Below are positions 56,357 to 64,000 of a stretch of DNA of 64,000 nt, piece by piece (the stretch's first letter is position 1; every line of letters begins with the position of its first letter). The notes under the pieces are model-generated. The model was not told where the DNA came from, searched no databases, and worked only from the letters and a program-made list of their open reading frames with translations. The DNA comes from a virus. Position numbers and translations under genes: made by a program. The stretch covers positions 32,001 to 96,000 of IMG/VR virus record IMGVR_UViG_3300005805_000051. The stretch is one strand, 5' to 3'.

Positions 56357-57367
56357 TTAATATAGATCACTATATCTTTTAGGAACGAGCGTGGACGAAA
56401 GCCACTCAATGATGTTAGTTGCAATCGTCGGAATTTCTGCATTGCGTCGGAACCATTCCTGCCCGCCGCGACGCACTTTGTCGAGTAGGGCTAGATCGCC
56501 GCGCACTTGTGCGAAGCGGTCAACAATCCGCTGGGCAAAAATTTCTGGTGTGGGGTCGAATTCAATCGCAAAATAATGCTCGTTATTGATGAGCGGTTCC
56601 ATGCGGGTCGCGTGGGTGAACGGATGCATGAAGAGCGGATAGCCGCCACATAGAAGGTCAAACTCCCGAAAACAGAATCCTGATGTGCCTCGTAGGGCAA
56701 GCGATCCGCGATGAGACGCATATTCGCGAATCAATGCACCTTTCTCGATAACTCGATGATTGAACCCATTTTCTGCAAGGCGACCTTCATAGAACTGGAC
56801 ATCAGGATGATTTCGTAAATGCACCAGTGCTTGACGCTCAGGGGTGCGTTCGTGAATGGTTCCGGCAAAAACAAGCTTATCAATCGTGCCTGTATAGGGT
56901 GGGAGTTCTGTAAATGCGGATTGCAAATAACGACTGTGGGGGTCTTCCGCGACAAATGAAAACTCGTTTCGTGAAAAATACCCCGGCACTAACTTCGACA
57001 CATTATAATTAGGATTGTGTGCGGCCAGTTTTTCAAATTCGTGCTGACGATGCTGCGACACCATCGCTCCCATGCATTTGGGATGTGACGAGGCTTCGAG
57101 AGCCGTCTGCGGGCCGTCGGTCATGTCGATGACGACAAATGTGCCTTTTTCTCCATAAAGAAACAATACTTGCCCGTCGATGTTGTATAAAGAGTCGTTT
57201 TCAACTTTCGGAAACCGACGAAACGACCCCTCCGCGTCAATCCAATATGTCATGTGTCGCGTGACATTTCGAATCGGAAGACGCGCTAATACTTGGTCTG
57301 CGACCCGAGAGTATAAATCTTGCCCTGCCGGCCAGAGATTGAGAGTGACAGCATCGTAGAAGTGCAT
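56357..57367 (-). CDS. Putative GT-B glycosyltransferase-like protein
   Basis: LVFAG..R, SLALRG..CFREFD..G.P, PLINNEHY. Confidence 0.5.
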   Translation of the reverse strand: MHFYDAVTLNLWPAGQDLYSRVADQVLARLPIRNVTRHMTYWIDAEGSFRRFPKVENDSLYNIDGQVLFLYGEKGTFVVIDMTDGPQTALEASSHPKCMGAMVSQHRQHEFEKLAAHNPNYNVSKLVPGYFSRNEFSFVAEDPHSRYLQSAFTELPPYTGTIDKLVFAGTIHERTPERQALVHLRNHPDVQFYEGRLAENGFNHRVIEKGALIREYASHRGSLALRGTSGFCFREFDLLCGGYPLFMHPFTHATRMEPLINNEHYFAIEFDPTPEIFAQRIVDRFAQVRGDLALLDKVRRGGQEWFRRNAEIPTIATNIIEWLSSTLVPKRYSDLY

Positions 57368-57393
57368 GTGGCGAGTATACCACAGATATGTAG

Positions 57394-57485
57394 TGGTCCT
57401 CTCACTTGGATTCGAACCAAGACTACGCCCACATCTAGGGCTGCGGCGGTATAAGCACCGTGTGCTGCCGTTACACTATGAGAGG
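57394..57485 (-). tRNA. tRNA with UAU anticodon (nominally Ile) and a 22-nt variable arm
   Basis: CCTCTCA/TGAGAGG-A-CCA; loop CT-TAT-AC; variable stem GCCC/GGGC; TTCGAAT. Confidence 0.85.
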
Positions 57486-57490
57486 AAAGA

Positions 57491-57565
57491 TGGTGGGTCC
57501 GGCAGGGATCGAACCTGCGACAAACTGGTTAAAAGCCAGCGGCTCTACCACTGAGCTACGGACCC
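57491..57565 (-). tRNA. tRNA-Lys(UUU)
   Basis: GGGTCCG acceptor, CT-TTT-AA, encoded CCA. Confidence 0.95.
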
Positions 57566-57596
57566 GAACGAGATTTAGTATACCATAAATACGGAC

Positions 57597-58208
57597 ATGA
57601 ATATCTTCCGTTCAAAATCATTTATTGCTGCCTGCGCGTGTGCTGGATTTGCTGTGTTGCTCTTTGCCTTCAACGACGCGACGGCTTTCTGCGTCACTCC
57701 GCCCGTATCTAAACAAGGCGCTCGGCCACGCACGACCTTCCGCTATCGTGTGGTCGGGTATCAGCCCACAGGGGCGGAGGCGTGTGTTGACCGTGCATTT
57801 GCCGCATGGAACGACGCACTAGTCGATGGGTCAAATATTCAATTCATCCCTGCGGGAAGTAAAGAAAAAATTGATGTCACTATTTTCTTTACCGACATCA
57901 AAGGTGACGTTGCGGGAGAAGAAATCGCCGGCGGAACAACCCCGGCGTTCAGAGATGCGGAGGGGTATGTAACGGGATTTGGAATTATGATTTCCACGAA
58001 TCCCGCTCTCGTATCGTCTTGCGACGGCTACTATAAAGTAACCCTGCACGAAATTGGACACGGATTAGGACTCGGGCATCCCTATGGGATTAACGGCACA
58101 TCCGTGATGAATATGCTGTCTTCTACGAACGACGAGGGCGGGAACGTAGCAGAGTTTCCAACTGCATGCGATATCGGGCAGATCGAGTCCGCGACCACGT
58201 ATCGATAG
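57597..58208 (+). CDS. Secreted metzincin (matrixin-like) metalloprotease
   Basis: Signal peptide; HEIGHGLGLGH; SVM Met-turn. Confidence 0.88.
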   Translation: MNIFRSKSFIAACACAGFAVLLFAFNDATAFCVTPPVSKQGARPRTTFRYRVVGYQPTGAEACVDRAFAAWNDALVDGSNIQFIPAGSKEKIDVTIFFTDIKGDVAGEEIAGGTTPAFRDAEGYVTGFGIMISTNPALVSSCDGYYKVTLHEIGHGLGLGHPYGINGTSVMNMLSSTNDEGGNVAEFPTACDIGQIESATTYR

Positions 58209-58563
58209 CATCCCCTTCGTCTTCATCCGGCTCGGCACCGTCGTCATCGTCGTCGTCCGGTTCATCATCATTCGGCAGCGTCTGATTACTCACTGCATCC
58301 ACGATCACGGGTTCTGGAGTAGATGCCGCAAAACCCATCGGGGTCTTCGAACTCTTGCCGGCGCTCATCTCGTCGTCCTCATCAGAAAAATCGATCACAT
58401 CATCCAGTTCTTGCCAAATCGCGAGTCCGATTTTTCCCAGTGCAGCGATTTCTGCCTCTTCCGTGAGCTTCTTGTGCTGAAGATCACCCCTGACAGTATC
58501 GAACCCATCGATGAGTCCGCGTGAAATTGCACTCGCTACGATGTTCTTGATGTGAACTCGCAT
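58123..58563 (-). CDS. Acidic hypothetical protein
   Basis: Late box and CAGG upstream; the 3' end overlaps the convergent protease gene. Confidence 0.6.
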   Translation of the reverse strand: MRVHIKNIVASAISRGLIDGFDTVRGDLQHKKLTEEAEIAALGKIGLAIWQELDDVIDFSDEDDEMSAGKSSKTPMGFAASTPEPVIVDAVSNQTLPNDDEPDDDDDDGAEPDEDEGDAIDTWSRTRSARYRMQLETLLRSRPRRS

Positions 58564-58615
58564 ACGGCCTGCTTTCTGAGAGACGAACGTTTATAGTATT
58601 TAGTGAATAGAAGGG

Positions 58616-58701
58616 TGGTGCCTCTGACAGGATTCGAACCTGTAAGCCTGTGAAGGCGGTTGATTTTAAGTCAACCGTGTATGCCGTTCCACCACAGAGG
58701 C
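58616..58701 (-). tRNA. tRNA-Leu(UAA)
   Basis: GCCTCTG acceptor, CT-TAA-AA, long variable arm, CCA. Confidence 0.95.
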
Positions 58702-58707
58702 GTATAT

Positions 58708-58791
58708 TGGTGCCCGCGACAGGACTTGAACCTGTATGACCGAAGTCAGTGGAGTTTGAAGCCACCGTGTATGCCATTCCACCACGCGGGC
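58708..58791 (-). tRNA. tRNA-Leu(CAA)
   Basis: GCCCGCG acceptor, TT-CAA-AC loop with a C31/U39 mismatch, long variable arm, CCA. Confidence 0.85.
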
Positions 58792-58801
58792 GTTATTCAA
58801 T

Positions 58802-58875
58802 TGGCTGGGACGCTAGGACTCGAACCTAGACAAAGAGCTTCAAAGGCTCCTGTGCTGCCATTACACCACATCCCA
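58802..58875 (-). tRNA. tRNA-Gln(UUG)
   Basis: TGGGATG acceptor, CT-TTG-AA, GCCA end. Confidence 0.95.
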
Positions 58876-58879
58876 ATCT

Positions 58880-58953
58880 TGGTAGCAGGGCCGGGAATTG
58901 AACCCGGTTCTTGGCGTTATGAGCGCCACGAGTTTCCGTCTCTCTCCCCTGCG
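58880..58953 (-). tRNA. tRNA-Met(CAU), initiator-like
   Basis: C1/U72 mismatch, A11-U24, CT-CAT-AA, CCA. Confidence 0.85.
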
Positions 58954-59025
58954 ACATGAATACATTCTACCACAGATACTGAAGTCGTCTATCGTTATTT
59001 GTAGGCATGCCATTATTTGGCAGAT

Positions 59026-59388
59026 TTACTCATCATCCGTTGCTTCACCCACAACCGTTACTTCGCCGGTGGCATATGAAGTTTGAATCGTGGTCTTTTG
59101 TTGAATCGGCTTCGGTTTGCGCGGTTTGCGAATATACCGATTCGCGTTTCCAAAAATTTCAGGGTATGTTTGGACGAGAGCTTCACGCAACATATAACTC
59201 ATGGTCGCACTTTGTGAACGGGCGAAACGATAGAGTTCATCGACTTCGCGTCGTGAGACACGAAAGGTCAAGACAATGTTTCGCATTTCATCAGGGGTGC
59301 GCGTGATGCGCTTCCGTGGATCGTCAGGCGTCGGTTCCCGCCAAATCGCTTTGGCAGACGTTCTTTTCGGTGAAGTGGATGCAGCCAT
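59026..59388 (-). CDS. Putative ribbon-helix-helix DNA-binding protein
   Basis: VLTFRVSRREVDELYRFARSQSATMSYMLREAL. Confidence 0.5.
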   Translation of the reverse strand: MAASTSPKRTSAKAIWREPTPDDPRKRITRTPDEMRNIVLTFRVSRREVDELYRFARSQSATMSYMLREALVQTYPEIFGNANRYIRKPRKPKPIQQKTTIQTSYATGEVTVVGEATDDE

Positions 59389-59935
59389 ATTGAGCAAGAA
59401 AAAACGCGTCAGCGATGTCCGCAACGGGACTTCCTACGCGTGTCGCTTTGGGATGACAGATTGCGGCCCACGATGCCGTGTCTGGCTTCCGTTTTGTAAA
59501 CGCCGCCCAAATATCATCTTTCGTCGCAATCCCTCGTCCCGTGGCAAATTTTTTCATCGTGGTGGGCGCCACGATTCGAAGAGGAATCTGCGGATGGTGT
59601 TCAAACAGTTTGACTTTGAGGGTGCCGGTGTTTTCGCTGAGTTGCGTAATGCGCCCATTTGCGCTGAACGCGTAATCTTCTAGTACGATGAGTTCCGGCT
59701 GTACACGGTCAATAATTCCCAAGACCCATGTCGCAAGTTCCAGATAGCGTTGGACTTCTGTCTCTGCACTGGAGAGCGACCATTCAACATTCGGGAGATC
59801 GGGATACGGTTTGCCCGTTTTTTTGTAGTTCACAAACCATCGGGGGGTGTTCAGCAAACGATTCGTTAGTACACACACCGCAGGACAGGTGTAGGAGTAA
59901 TCGATGCCGATGATGGTATTCACGGGTGATGCCAT
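59324..59935 (-). CDS. RuvC-like Holliday junction resolvase
   Basis: IIGIDYSYTCPA, VLEDYAF, PTTMKKFATGRG.ATKD, DIADAF. Confidence 0.88.
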   Translation of the reverse strand: MASPVNTIIGIDYSYTCPAVCVLTNRLLNTPRWFVNYKKTGKPYPDLPNVEWSLSSAETEVQRYLELATWVLGIIDRVQPELIVLEDYAFSANGRITQLSENTGTLKVKLFEHHPQIPLRIVAPTTMKKFATGRGIATKDDIWAAFTKRKPDTASWAAICHPKATRVGSPVADIADAFFLAQYGCIHFTEKNVCQSDLAGTDA

Positions 59936-59968
59936 GATGGTATTTAGCATCACCCGTGAACAGAAGGA

Positions 59969-61465
59969 TTAGTTCAAGCGTTTCAGTGTCACGCGACGAA
60001 TTTCCACCGGCGCATCAAAGTTCACCGGCTCAAAACGCACCGTGAACGGCGCACTCGTGAGTGGCAACTCTGTCAACACCACGCGGAAGGCGTGAGAGGT
60101 GGTCGTAGGGAAGCCATGACCATCACCATCCAACAACTTGATGCGACCAAGTGGTGTACCCGACGTGGTGCTGATAATGTTAATCCGCGCCCGACCGCGA
60201 CGGACGAGCGGACCTGTTTCCACTTCTAGCACATAAACCGCATCGCGTTCAAGCAGATCAGCGGTGTTCAGCGTCAGTGTGAGTGGTGCTGCGGCGGTTG
60301 TCGTGCCCACGGACGCGCCTTGACCCACCGTATGTGGGCGCGTTGCGGTTTCCTTCCGCGTGATAGTCGGGACGGGTAACGCATTATCGGACGGTACCGC
60401 ATACTGCACGGTGTTCGTCAGGGTGGTCATGATGTCCTTCACGGAAACGGTCACATCGCTACCGTCCGCATCGGTGTAGGTATAGACCTGCTGACCCCAC
60501 GGCCCATCCAAGTCCGGCATCTCTCCCCGATACAACGAGAAGATGCGATCGATGTTTGCGTGATGCATAAAGAAAATCGGATCGAGCGCGGCATATTTCA
60601 GCGTGCCCATATCGCGATTCGACCCAAAGCGAGTGCCACACCAATCATGTCCGTCGTTGTGTGGATTGGACTCGATGATGCCCTGACTGGTACGGTCGGT
60701 ATCAACCTTACCACCGAACTCTTCCCACGGAAGCGTGAGCGCAAGATTGATGTATTCGGGACTCATGTAGCGGGAGGTTTCCAAGACATGCGCCTTTGAA
60801 CTCGCGGCCACTTCGTTGTCCGGCGTCATCTGGCTCTTCGCGAGTGACGGGCCGCGATTACCGTTGTACAGCGCGAGATTGTCAAATCCGAGCGTATCTG
60901 CACTGACCATGTTCTCTTGCGTCAGGTCGTAGCCCCACAGCGGACTTGCGAGATTTCGTGCCACGCGTTCCTTCGTGTTGGGGATCTCCTGATGCACCGT
61001 CCAATCCCAGAACGGATAGGCAAAGGTGCTGTCGTCCAGACCTTGTTCCTTCAACGCTTGCGCGAGAATCCGTTCGAGAAAGAAGACATAGCCGCGATGC
61101 CACGGGAGAAAATGCCAGCTCCAATGCACTTGTGGGGCGTAATGCTGCCACTCGGTGCAATGCTTTGCGTGAATCAACGCATAGTTCTCCCACTTCCGTG
61201 CGTCCGCAATCGGGAACTGGTTTCGTGCGTAGCCGACCGCTTGGCACAGCGTTCGTACCTCTGCATCGGTTAAGTCCCAGACGCTCTTTCTGACACGCAC
61301 AGGCGCGGTGCTGGACAGATTAAACCGACGCTTTACGGAGCTGATCGGGTCATGCGTTGTTGTTGGAGGTGCGGGTGTTGACACACACGCGGTGGTGCCG
61401 ATAACGGTCGCACCGACCGCACCGACCACACCAATTTCAAGAAATCCACGACGACTCTGTTTCAT
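59969..61465 (-). CDS. Tyrosinase/polyphenol oxidase (type-3 copper) with a Tat lipoprotein signal
   Basis: SRRGFL..TTAC; CuA HAKHC..QVH..FLPWHR; CuB HNDGH..AALDPIFFMHHANIDR. Confidence 0.92.
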   Translation of the reverse strand: MKQSRRGFLEIGVVGAVGATVIGTTACVSTPAPPTTTHDPISSVKRRFNLSSTAPVRVRKSVWDLTDAEVRTLCQAVGYARNQFPIADARKWENYALIHAKHCTEWQHYAPQVHWSWHFLPWHRGYVFFLERILAQALKEQGLDDSTFAYPFWDWTVHQEIPNTKERVARNLASPLWGYDLTQENMVSADTLGFDNLALYNGNRGPSLAKSQMTPDNEVAASSKAHVLETSRYMSPEYINLALTLPWEEFGGKVDTDRTSQGIIESNPHNDGHDWCGTRFGSNRDMGTLKYAALDPIFFMHHANIDRIFSLYRGEMPDLDGPWGQQVYTYTDADGSDVTVSVKDIMTTLTNTVQYAVPSDNALPVPTITRKETATRPHTVGQGASVGTTTAAAPLTLTLNTADLLERDAVYVLEVETGPLVRRGRARINIISTTSGTPLGRIKLLDGDGHGFPTTTSHAFRVVLTELPLTSAPFTVRFEPVNFDAPVEIRRVTLKRLN

Positions 61466-61773
61466 GCTGACACTCCGGTGGGGCGAGGTTGACGTGTTGC
61501 GGGATCGCCCCCACGCACCCGCAGACGATCGGCGCCATGTTCATCCACACACATATTCACGAGTTCGATTAATCGTGAATCCATGTACGGCCGCGCAATA
61601 ATATAGGTAGGAATTTTCGGGGACGGGGTAACGATATCGCGTTCACACCGAATGCAGGTCCACGCATCCTCGCGTTCGCGCCACTGCGAAAGCGTCGGTC
61701 GCCATTCCCATTCACGATATACGCCGGGATGCCCCGTTAGGAGGCATCCCATCCACTTCACCCATGACCACAT
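61462..61773 (-). CDS. Hypothetical protein
   Basis: GGAG SD; MWSWVKWMGCLLTGH..CIRC. Confidence 0.6.
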   Translation of the reverse strand: MWSWVKWMGCLLTGHPGVYREWEWRPTLSQWREREDAWTCIRCERDIVTPSPKIPTYIIARPYMDSRLIELVNMCVDEHGADRLRVRGGDPATRQPRPTGVSA

Positions 61774-61783
61774 ATACACTCCG

Positions 61784-61951
61784 TTATTTGTTACACTTAC
61801 CACAACCCTCGTGACGAATGTCTTCAATCGCACGCCAGAGGAAGTCCTGCTGCATTTGCTGGTCGTTCTTCCATTGCATGTAGGCGCGGACGACCCCACC
61901 ACCGAGAATAATGCCCACGACGAGACTTCCTGCCCATCCTATAAGTTCCAT
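61784..61951 (-). CDS. Small single-TM protein (55 aa)
   Basis: Manual ORF MELIGWAGSLVVGIILGGGVV..; AAGGAG SD. Confidence 0.65.
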   Translation of the reverse strand: MELIGWAGSLVVGIILGGGVVRAYMQWKNDQQMQQDFLWRAIEDIRHEGCGKCNK

Positions 61952-61993
61952 ACAATAGACTCCTTCACGGCCCCAACTATTGAAGTTACGTGA

Positions 61994-62329
61994 TTACTGC
62001 TTGAAATACAACAATATCGTATTCGGTTTATCAAAACGAATACCCATCAATCCAAAACTGACATACTTTTTGAAGTCATCAAATTTTACTTCAAACTTAT
62101 CAGCACGGACGGAGAAGATCCACGCCGTTTCGGATTTTTGCGCCTTCAGTAACGCATTTTTTCCTAATGTAATGGCGAGTAAGTTTAAAAACTTCGCTGG
62201 AATGTCCGTCTTCGGATATCCCTCGGGCCCGTGATAGCCAGACGAGGTGTCCATCGCAGTGGGGAGTGGTGACGCTTCCTGTATTAACTGGTCTAGTGCG
62301 GCGTCCGAAAAGATTTTGGTTTTAGGCAT
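61994..62329 (-). CDS. Hypothetical late protein
   Basis: TAAATA box and GAGGAG SD. Confidence 0.7.
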   Translation of the reverse strand: MPKTKIFSDAALDQLIQEASPLPTAMDTSSGYHGPEGYPKTDIPAKFLNLLAITLGKNALLKAQKSETAWIFSVRADKFEVKFDDFKKYVSFGLMGIRFDKPNTILLYFKQ

Positions 62330-62379
62330 CTACAATATCTCCTCTGACTATTTATGATAACAATTAAATCTTCACGATA

Positions 62380-64000
62380 TTACCGCACTGGACAGACGCC
62401 GCCGACACAATCATCGTCCAGACCAATCTGTCCATCGGTGATGGAGGTAATCAATTTGGTCTTGGCGACAAGGGCATCGTATTCTTCTTTTGTGATCTCT
62501 TCGTACGGTGCCTGCTTGAAATTGTGACCCGAGTGTAGCAGGAACGACAACGACTTATGTCCCGTCGCAAAATGCTTGGCGAGATACTTCTTAATCTCCG
62601 GCAGCTCTTCCTTGCGGTAGTAGACCGTGCAGGAGACGCTGTTATCGCTCCAGTGTTGCTGTAGCTCCTTCACGACCTTCAACTGCTGGAGTGCGGTCAT
62701 ATCCTTTGCCAGCACGGTGCCTTCAGGGAATGAGAACGGGAACGAGACGACGACGGTGGAATAATCCTGCGACCCATCAAAGTTCAGCCGATACTCAATA
62801 TCATACCCGTGGTTGCGGCACACCTCCACCAGCGGATGATTGGATGACATTGCAATACGACGAATCATAAACTGGGCATAACCGGGGTGAATACCGGGTG
62901 TGACGCCGGGGAGCAACGACAAAGTGCCGCTCGGCTTGCAGGTCGTCAACTTCACACTCGTCGGGAACTTCTTCTGTTCCGAATAGGCGACATCAAACGC
63001 TCGCAACGCTTCATAGGCGGACTTCAACCACTTCTTCTGCTTGTCGGTCGCTTGCAGATAGCCGGTGACACCGATGCCCATTCGCATGTTTGCATTCACA
63101 ATCTTTTCGGTTTCCTTGTGGTGACAATGGAGCGCGAGCGAATGCTTGTTGATGCGATAGAGCAGTGTCATCACATCCACGAACTCCTCGTAACTTTCAA
63201 TATTCGGGAGGAAGATTTCGGCTAAGCAGCAGGTTTCAAAATTGCCCAGTGACTGCTCTGCACAGGGATTGTAGCCCAACACGGTCGGGTCTGCATACTG
63301 TGTCTCGCCGAGCCGACCAATCTCTTTAGACAGCTTGAGATTGATGAGGCCATACGGCTCGCCCTTGCCTTCATAGCCATCCCAGAAGAACTCATGCAGT
63401 TGCGAAATGTCATCACACGCGACGCTGTTGTTAGACATCGCACGCCATGACGGAATGTTACCTAAATCCCACCGCTTCGCAAGGAGATATTCGACATCAT
63501 CCGGATCACCAATCGCGAGTTGTGCCGACCGACGCACATTGCCCGCGACAACGATACTGCCGATGATGTTCATGACATCCAAGCAATCAATCGGACGCAT
63601 CGCTTTCCCCGCCCGCTTGTGAAGGATCTCCGTAATCTGGGCAATTCCCTGACAAAGAATCTCTGCACCAGACGCGACACCACCGAAGCCCTTGATGGGT
63701 GCCCCCTTGCCACGAATCAACTGCGTGGAGTAGGTAAACGATTCGGACTTGCGCCGCGCAAACGCCGCTTCCAGTGTGCGTTCCAACAGTGCGACCCACC
63801 CTTCCCGCGTATCGGGAATGATGAAGTCCGCATCGGCATGGTCGTGACGCGTGGGGCCGACGAACGATTTCTTGACCTGCGGGAGCTTGCTGACATGTTC
63901 GCGTTGAATGCTGAAACCGACGCCGCTGCCGAGCATGAGCATATCCATCGCCCATGTGAAGGGACGGACGGGTTCATCAATCACGACGAACGCGCAGTTC
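62380..64000 (-). CDS. nrdJ: Class II (B12-dependent) ribonucleotide reductase; 5' part lies beyond the window
   Basis: LMLGSGVGF, VVAGNVRRSA, NPCAEQ..CCLAE, TTCKPSGT, C-terminal CVGGVCPVR. Confidence 0.95.
   Translation of the reverse strand, partial: NCAFVVIDEPVRPFTWAMDMLMLGSGVGFSIQREHVSKLPQVKKSFVGPTRHDHADADFIIPDTREGWVALLERTLEAAFARRKSESFTYSTQLIRGKGAPIKGFGGVASGAEILCQGIAQITEILHKRAGKAMRPIDCLDVMNIIGSIVVAGNVRRSAQLAIGDPDDVEYLLAKRWDLGNIPSWRAMSNNSVACDDISQLHEFFWDGYEGKGEPYGLINLKLSKEIGRLGETQYADPTVLGYNPCAEQSLGNFETCCLAEIFLPNIESYEEFVDVMTLLYRINKHSLALHCHHKETEKIVNANMRMGIGVTGYLQATDKQKKWLKSAYEALRAFDVAYSEQKKFPTSVKLTTCKPSGTLSLLPGVTPGIHPGYAQFMIRRIAMSSNHPLVEVCRNHGYDIEYRLNFDGSQDYSTVVVSFPFSFPEGTVLAKDMTALQQLKVVKELQQHWSDNSVSCTVYYRKEELPEIKKYLAKHFATGHKSLSFLLHSGHNFKQAPYEEITKEEYDALVAKTKLITSITDGQIGLDDDCVGGVCPVR

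Noticed and set aside
58708-58791. UCA opal suppressor reading of the second Leu tRNA
   Set aside because: The GUGG/CCAC stem centres the loop on CAA; the UCA register does not pair.
1-64000. CRISPR array, integrase or IS element
   Set aside because: I saw no regularly spaced repeats, recombinase or transposase. The gp4 TnsA-like fold is a structural-module gene.
1-64000. Stop-codon reassignment
   Set aside because: Long conserved genes are intact in code 11, and TAA, TAG and TGA all end genes at the expected positions.

Overview
This window is part of a large T4-like myophage genome and is almost entirely coded on the minus strand. From 1 to 28 kb it carries a tail and baseplate module: a tail fibre with an S74 chaperone (truncated at the window edge), a VrlC-like protein, gp8, gp7, gp6, gp25, a split gp5, gp53 and gp48, then a plus-strand block of gp4, gp2, a tail-tube-like gene, gp26, gp51 and a tape-measure-like protein with a lysozyme domain. 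Next come gp32, gp33 and a SleB hydrolase. The accessory region from 30 to 62 kb holds a circularly permuted two-piece tmRNA, a promoter-driven ~330 nt structured non-coding element, an RNA-ligase-like protein, Dps, Hsp20 with a ROSE-like leader, DenV, TrmH, two GIY-YIG endonucleases, candidate internal-head polyproteins, a heptose biosynthesis and glycosylation cluster, six tRNAs, a metzincin protease, RuvC and a Tat-exported tyrosinase. It ends in a truncated class II ribonucleotide reductase. The strongest unusual signals are the permuted tmRNA, the structured RNA or origin, the tyrosinase, a probable gp26-gp51 -1 frameshift, a long-variable-arm UAU tRNA and widespread leaderless promoter geometry. 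Protein calls rest on motif recognition and synteny; no database search was run, and the host is not determined.
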